DNA of 64,000 bases from an uncultured Acidimicrobiales bacterium (GTDB taxonomy: Bacteria > Actinomycetota > Acidimicrobiia > Acidimicrobiales > SZUA-35), in contig CAWDOA010000010.1 in the NCBI GenBank assembly GCA_963803875.1, positions 57-64,056 of the forward strand, written 5' to 3'. Shown here piece after piece: positions 59,468 to 64,000 of this stretch. Position 1 is the stretch's first letter; each line of letters begins with the position of its first letter. The position numbers and the translations under genes are program-made. The notes beneath the pieces are model-generated. The model was not told the DNA's origin. It searched no databases and saw only the letters and a program-made list of their open reading frames with translations.

Positions 59468-59526
59468 AGGCACACGGGTTCCGGACCCGCCGAGGGTACG
59501 GACCAAGAACGTCAGCGGCTGAGAAG

Positions 59527-59856
59527 CTAGCGGCTGAACTGAGCCATGGCTTCTTCGAGCGCTGTGTCGTCATTCAGCAGGTCATGAAAGTCCAGGAGGT
59601 CGTCATGGTTGATGGGTGCACCCTTGTGACTCTCGTCGAGTTCGGCGGGCAGACGCCACGTGGTGAAGGCCACCCCGGAAGCGACGAGAAGGTCAATCGT
59701 TCGCGGTTCTGCGCTCTTCACCACCGTCATCTCGCAGTGAGGGCAGCGGAAGGAGTATGTGCCAGCGTTGTTGTCATCACAGATGCGGACGTGTACGTCC
59801 GATGTGGTCAGTTCCACATCACCGCAGTCTTGACAGCTGGCCCGAATGGTTGCCAT
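59527..59856 (-). CDS. Small zinc-ribbon protein (conserved hypothetical)
   Basis: 109-aa ORF with CQDCG ... CPHCE. A strong SD (aggaggaag) lies upstream of the ATG. Confidence 0.7.
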   Translation of the reverse strand: MATIRASCQDCGDVELTTSDVHVRICDDNNAGTYSFRCPHCEMTVVKSAEPRTIDLLVASGVAFTTWRLPAELDESHKGAPINHDDLLDFHDLLNDDTALEEAMAQFSR

Positions 59857-60037
59857 GAATTACTTCCTCCTACTTGGCGTACAAGTAGATTCGGCACCTG
59901 GGGCGCAACTCTTGAGACTTTGGAAGAACATCGGTGAAACCTCACCCCACAAGCGATTTAGTCTGGAATGCCTATAGCGAGACGCGGTGGACCCCTACGT
60001 TTTGCGCAACAGAGTCGCAATATCGATCGGAACCGAT

Positions 60038-60781
60038 ATGACAGACGAAATCGGCCAGGCTGGGCCGACAGCACGCCCACCACGACACGCATCTTTGCGA
60101 ACACCCCCAGTAACCTTCGCCCATCGGGGTGCGCGGGCCCACGCGCCGGAAAACACGGTGCAGGCGTTCGCCCTGGCGGTGAAGCTCGGAGCAACCGGTT
60201 TGGAATCTGACGTTTTCGTTACGGCCGATGGGATTCCGGTGCTCGATCACGACGGAGTTGTCGGTTCGAGGTTTCGCCGCAAGCAAATATCCGACCTCAC
60301 ACGGTCAGAATTACCTAGTCATATTCCTGCCTTGGAGGAGCTCTATGACGAGGTCGGCACCGATCTCGAGTTGAGTCTCGATGTCAAGGATCCGGCCGCA
60401 TTTCAGGCGACGGTCGAAGTAGCTCGCAACGCGGGCGGCGAGTCGAGACTGTGGTTGTGTTATCCCGACATCGACCAGCTGATCCTGTGGCGGACCCAGA
60501 CCGCAGCACGACTTGTCGATTCGCCCGGTCGTGACCGAATCGAAGAAGGACTCGAACGCAGGGCCGCCCGCCTGGCCGACCTTGGGATCGATGCCCTCAA
60601 CCGCCCCGCCAACGACTGGAATGCCGGCAACGTCGCGCTGCTGCATCGGTTCGGGCGGCTGACGCTCGGGTGGGATGCGCAGCAGCACCGCCAGATCACA
60701 ACCCTGATCGACATGGGCATCGATGGGGTCTTCAGCGATCACGTGGACCGAATGACCGAATGCCTCTCGCAATTCTTTTGA
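60038..60781 (+). CDS. Glycerophosphodiester phosphodiesterase family protein
   Basis: FAHRGARAHAPENT, LESDV and HD are present. Confidence 0.8.
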   Translation: MTDEIGQAGPTARPPRHASLRTPPVTFAHRGARAHAPENTVQAFALAVKLGATGLESDVFVTADGIPVLDHDGVVGSRFRRKQISDLTRSELPSHIPALEELYDEVGTDLELSLDVKDPAAFQATVEVARNAGGESRLWLCYPDIDQLILWRTQTAARLVDSPGRDRIEEGLERRAARLADLGIDALNRPANDWNAGNVALLHRFGRLTLGWDAQQHRQITTLIDMGIDGVFSDHVDRMTECLSQFF

Positions 60782-61054
60782 TTCCGCTCGCCTGCGCTCG
60801 TTCCTCGCTCCCGGTCGCTCCAAGCGCTTCGCTATGCACCCACCAACCACAGAGCTGCTCCGTCCCTCCGCAGCCATGCGACAAGCCATGAAGATTCCGC
60901 TCGCCTGCGCTCGTTCCTCGCTCCCGGTCGCTCCAAGCGCTTCGCTATGCACCCACCAACCACAGAGCTGCTCCGTCCCTCCGCAGCCATGCGACAAGCC
61001 ATGAAGATTCCGCTCGCCTGCGCTCGTTCCTCGCTCCCGGTCGCTCCAAGCGCT
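60781..61054. repeat. Perfect 113-bp tandem repeat, 2.4 copies, starting at the GDPD stop codon
   Basis: Unit attccgctcgcctgcgctcgttcctcgc...gacaagccatgaag occurs at 60781, 60894 and 61007 (the last copy covers 48 nt). The copies are identical by eye. 113 is not a multiple of 3. Confidence 0.9.
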
Positions 61055-61208
61055 CAGGCTGGGCACCCGTAGCGAGAGAAGGAAGAACGAGTCATGAAGG
61101 GAGCCGTAGAAGCGAGGAACGAGCAAACCGGCGACTGAGAACATGACTCGTTTCTGACGAATCGAAGCTCGGAACCTCCGTGGCAACGGGCCCGCTGCAG
61201 GCGAAAGG

Positions 61209-61754
61209 TCAGTCCTCGAACACGATTTCGCGGAAGGAGTTGTAGTGGTCGGATGTGTAGTACAGCTCTCCGTCGGCCCCCGACACAATGCGTCGAGCAC
61301 CGCGAGTTGATTCCCCAGGGGTGATCACGGTGAACTCCCGATAGTGGCCGCGGGCAAAGTCGGGAAGGATCCCTTCCCTGTTCTGGAACGTGAGCCCGTC
61401 TCTATCAAATGGGTAGGGTCCGCCGGAGGCTATGAGGTCGAGCGTGTCGATCGCCTCGGCTGGCAGTTCGGTAACCAGAACCGGAGGCAGATCCGAGTAC
61501 TGGGCGGGCGGCAGAACCTCCACCTGATTCGTTTGGTCCGAAGTCGTGGTTGCCTCGGTCGATGCTGTTGTCGGTTCGGGCGGTTGGCTCGTCGGTGGCG
61601 TCGTTTCGGTTTGAAACGTGCCACCGCCCACATCGACGATGTCATCTTCCCCGGAGACTCCAAGCCAATAGCCGCCTGCGAAAATGACCAAGCCAGCCAG
61701 GATTCCCCACACCCAGACCGGTATCCCCGAGCTCGATGTGGTCTTGTCGGTCAC
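61209..61754 (-). CDS. Membrane-anchored/secreted guanyl-specific ribonuclease (RNase Sa / barnase N1-T1 superfamily)
   Basis: There is an N-terminal TM helix (VWVWGILAGLVIFAGGYWL) and a Thr/Pro-rich linker. The C-terminal domain reads GGPYPFDRDGLTFQNREGILP...YREFTVITPG...RGARRIV...YYTSDHYNSF. Confidence 0.8.
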   Translation of the reverse strand: MTDKTTSSSGIPVWVWGILAGLVIFAGGYWLGVSGEDDIVDVGGGTFQTETTPPTSQPPEPTTASTEATTTSDQTNQVEVLPPAQYSDLPPVLVTELPAEAIDTLDLIASGGPYPFDRDGLTFQNREGILPDFARGHYREFTVITPGESTRGARRIVSGADGELYYTSDHYNSFREIVFED

Positions 61755-61822
61755 GTCGTCATTGTAGGAGTGCTCCTGCGACGCAGTTGACCAGGTTCCT
61801 TCGGTCGGGCTGAACTGGCTTC

Positions 61823-63178
61823 ATGACCGATCCCAGCGAATCCTCCAAGACCGAGGAGACAATAGAACTACTCCAACAGCTGATCCGCAATGCCTGTGTC
61901 AACGATGGAACACCTGAATCGGGCCAGGAAGTTCGAAACGCCGACACGCTCCAGTCCTTCCTCGACGGTGTCGGATTGGACATCCAACGTTACGAACCAA
62001 CTCCCGGGCGGGTCTCGTTCGTCAGTCGAATCGAGGGATCTGACCCCGATGCGCCGAGCCTGTGTCTCATGGGACATACGGACGTGGTGCCGGTGAACGA
62101 ATCGGGGTGGACCAGAGATCCCTTCGCCGGCGAGCGGCTCACAACCGACGGCATGGATGAGGTCTGGGGCCGAGGAGCGGTCGACATGCTCAATCTCACC
62201 GCTTCGATGGCAGTTGGGTTCAGATCGATCGCTGCGTCGGGGTTCAAACCGAAGGGCGACCTCATCTTCTTCGCCGTTGCCGATGAAGAGTCAGGCAGCG
62301 CTCACGGTATGCGCTGGATGGCAGACAACGCGCGCGACGCAATCATGGCCGACTACGTGCTCACCGAAAACGGTGGACTTCACGGCGGCTCGCTCGACAA
62401 CCCATCAATCGCCGTGACCGTTGCAGAAAAGGGGGTGGCGTGGCGTCGCCTACGAATCAAGGGAGTTCCGGGGCACGGCTCGATGCCCTACCGCAGAGAC
62501 AATGCCCTGGTGACTGCCGCAGGCGTGATCCAACGCCTTACCGACTACGCACCGCCAGCGACAGTCACCGAGTTGTGGCGTGAGCAGGTGGACGCAATGG
62601 GGCTCGACGCCGAGATGACCGAAACCCTGCTCAACCCAAACAAGATCGACACCGAACTCGCAACCATGCCAGCGGCGACTGCGTCCTTCCTTCATGCCTG
62701 CACCCACACGACCTTTTCCTGCAACGTACTCGACGGCGGCTTGATGAAGACCAACGTGATTCCCGACTCTATTTCGCTCGACGTCGACGTGAGAACCCTG
62801 CCAGGCGAGAGCGAGGAAGAGGTTCAAGCTCACCTCGACGCAGCCCTGGGCGAGCTCTCCGGCCGGGTAGAAGTGGAGCCGCTGATGAACGACGAATCCT
62901 CGATCAGCCGCAGCGACACTCCGTTGTGGGATGCCATCGCCCGGGCGGTCAGCGCACCGTTTCCGACCGCACGCATTTCACCCAGGATGTCGGTGGGATT
63001 CACCGACGCCCGGATCTACCGGGAGATGGGTGCGGTCGCCTACGGTGCCGGCCTGCTCTCCCCCACCCTCGATGCGGGAGCTTTCGGTTCTCGATTCCAC
63101 GGAAACGACGAACGGATCGACACCGAGTCGCTCGCCCTCACCACCCAATTCTGGTTGGATACAATCAAGGCTCTGTAA
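61823..63178 (+). CDS. M20/M25/M40-family metallopeptidase
   Basis: MGHTDVVPV, GRGAVDM and VADEESGS are present. The ORF is an intact 451 aa. Confidence 0.85.
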   Translation: MTDPSESSKTEETIELLQQLIRNACVNDGTPESGQEVRNADTLQSFLDGVGLDIQRYEPTPGRVSFVSRIEGSDPDAPSLCLMGHTDVVPVNESGWTRDPFAGERLTTDGMDEVWGRGAVDMLNLTASMAVGFRSIAASGFKPKGDLIFFAVADEESGSAHGMRWMADNARDAIMADYVLTENGGLHGGSLDNPSIAVTVAEKGVAWRRLRIKGVPGHGSMPYRRDNALVTAAGVIQRLTDYAPPATVTELWREQVDAMGLDAEMTETLLNPNKIDTELATMPAATASFLHACTHTTFSCNVLDGGLMKTNVIPDSISLDVDVRTLPGESEEEVQAHLDAALGELSGRVEVEPLMNDESSISRSDTPLWDAIARAVSAPFPTARISPRMSVGFTDARIYREMGAVAYGAGLLSPTLDAGAFGSRFHGNDERIDTESLALTTQFWLDTIKAL

Positions 63179-63422
63179 TCTCGCCTGCAGCGTGCCCGTT
63201 CCACGGAGGTTCCGTTGTCATCGCTCGTTCCTCCGGGCCCACGTCCTCACTCGCTGACGCTCGCTTCGTGGTCCCTCCAGAACTCGACTCGCACCGGCGG
63301 GCGGTACCGGCAAGCTCAAGCCTGCCTGTCGAGCGAGTTTGCGAGGTCTGCGAGCAAACTCGGAGGAACTCCCGAGGCCGGTAGGCCGAAGAGTTACCGG
63401 GAACGCTCCGCTGCCAGGGGTA
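63179..63422. repeat. Structured intergenic segment sharing short motifs with the 52.5-kb and 60.8-kb repeats
   Basis: It starts right after the TAA stop with tctcgcctgc. It contains cgctcgttcctc and cgcttcg, plus a 9-bp hairpin, cgagtttgc/gcaaactcg (63334-63362). Confidence 0.5.
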
Positions 63423-64000
63423 TTACAGCGTTCCGAGCCGATCGAAGGGCCAGAACAGGAAGAAGGCTCGGCCGATGATGCGGTCCTCGTCGATCGCTCC
63501 GAAGCGTCGGGAATCGAGGCTCTGGTCACGGTTGTCGCCCATCATGAAGAGTTCGCCTTCAGGGACTGTGATCGGACCGAAGTCACCAAAACGGTTTCCA
63601 TCGAGATAGGGCTCCACCAACAGTTGCCCGTTGATGTAGATGGTGCTGTCTCGACCCTCTACCGCCTCTCCGGGAAGCCCAATGACTCTCTTGATGAGAT
63701 CACGGATGTCGCCAGGCTGGTCGTCCGGTCGCCGGAACACGACAACGTCACCCCTGTTCACGTCGTGAAGCCGATAGCTGACCTTGTTGACCAAGATCCT
63801 GTCGTTCTCGAACAGCGTGGTTTCCATCGATTCGGATGGAATGAAAAACGCTTGAAACACGAACGTGCGGAGAATGATCGCCACAGCGACCGCAGCCCCC
63901 AGTACGACTACCCATTCGAGAAGGTTTCGCGCAAGGCTCGGCTTCGCCTCGTCGTCGGCCTCTTCATCGTCGGCGTCGACCTGGTGACCGGCGTCGACCT
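63423..64000 (-). CDS. lepB: Signal peptidase I, N-terminus runs off the window
   Basis: IPSESMETTL (catalytic Ser), KRVIGLPGE (catalytic Lys) and GDNRDQSLDSR are present. The reading frame stays open upstream of the listed Met through a TM segment (LLEWVVVLGAAVAVAIIL) to position 64000. Confidence 0.85.
   Translation of the reverse strand, partial: VDAGHQVDADDEEADDEAKPSLARNLLEWVVVLGAAVAVAIILRTFVFQAFFIPSESMETTLFENDRILVNKVSYRLHDVNRGDVVVFRRPDDQPGDIRDLIKRVIGLPGEAVEGRDSTIYINGQLLVEPYLDGNRFGDFGPITVPEGELFMMGDNRDQSLDSRRFGAIDEDRIIGRAFFLFWPFDRLGTL

Noticed and set aside
52483-61054. A CRISPR interpretation of the tandem arrays.
   Set aside because: The units are 113-156 bp and directly abutting, with no unique spacers. 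No cas genes are present.
60311-61300. 329-aa minus-strand ORF spanning the 113-bp repeat array.
   Set aside because: It reads successive identical repeat copies in different frames (113 is not divisible by 3). It also overlaps the GDPD and RNase genes antisense or out of frame. It is non-coding.

Overview
The window is a composite of three blocks. No multi-gene system that is clearly novel, such as a defence or secretion system, is evident.

(1) Block 1, about 1-3480, is visibly AT-richer and looks eukaryotic. It has a short ORF with a textbook C2H2 zinc finger, a 112-bp tandem duplication carrying hairpins, and an uninterrupted 620-aa tandem YqgE/AlgH (DUF179) protein. That protein's N-terminus resembles a stramenopile plastid presequence.

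(2) At about 3425-3483, a TG-rich microsatellite is followed by an abrupt switch to high-GC bacterial DNA. The switch begins in the middle of an acetoacetyl-CoA synthetase gene.

Block 2, about 3480-14100, holds recognisable genes:
- acetoacetyl-CoA synthetase
- a DeoR regulator
- a sugar ABC binding protein plus two permeases
- GH36 alpha-galactosidase
- HMG-CoA lyase
- an FeS-BCP-type photolyase

Most of these are broken by many frameshifts, at least about 20 by manual stitching.

(3) Block 3, about 14100-64000, is Actinomycetota-like DNA. The taxonomic call rests on tatA/B-tatC-helY synteny, DUF4193 and an LLM oxidoreductase. ORFs here are mostly intact, with about ten isolated frameshifts. 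It encodes:
- an arginine succinyltransferase (AST) cluster, astA-astD-astB, with an M20 hydrolase
- an ECF-type transporter
- a BCCP-carboxyltransferase fusion
- sufC-sufS-sufU
- GlnRS
- a hydantoinase-family protein
- a CHRD/DUF4214 secreted protein
- a double-domain ThyX-like protein
- HelY, TatC and TatA/B
- a membrane-anchored RNase Sa/barnase-family nuclease
- M20 peptidases
- signal peptidase I (partial at the window edge)

I found no rRNA, tRNA, CRISPR array, transposase or integrase.

The most notable observations are:
- the inter-domain junction
- the uneven frameshift load
- an intergenic repeat family that sits directly after stop codons, including perfect 113-bp and 145/156-bp tandem arrays
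- a MITE-like inverted-repeat element
- a membrane-anchored N-TIMP-like protein
- an AST cluster lacking astC/astE
- a BCCP-CT fusion without a biotin carboxylase

All homology calls come from motif recognition by eye. No database search or numerical composition analysis was possible.
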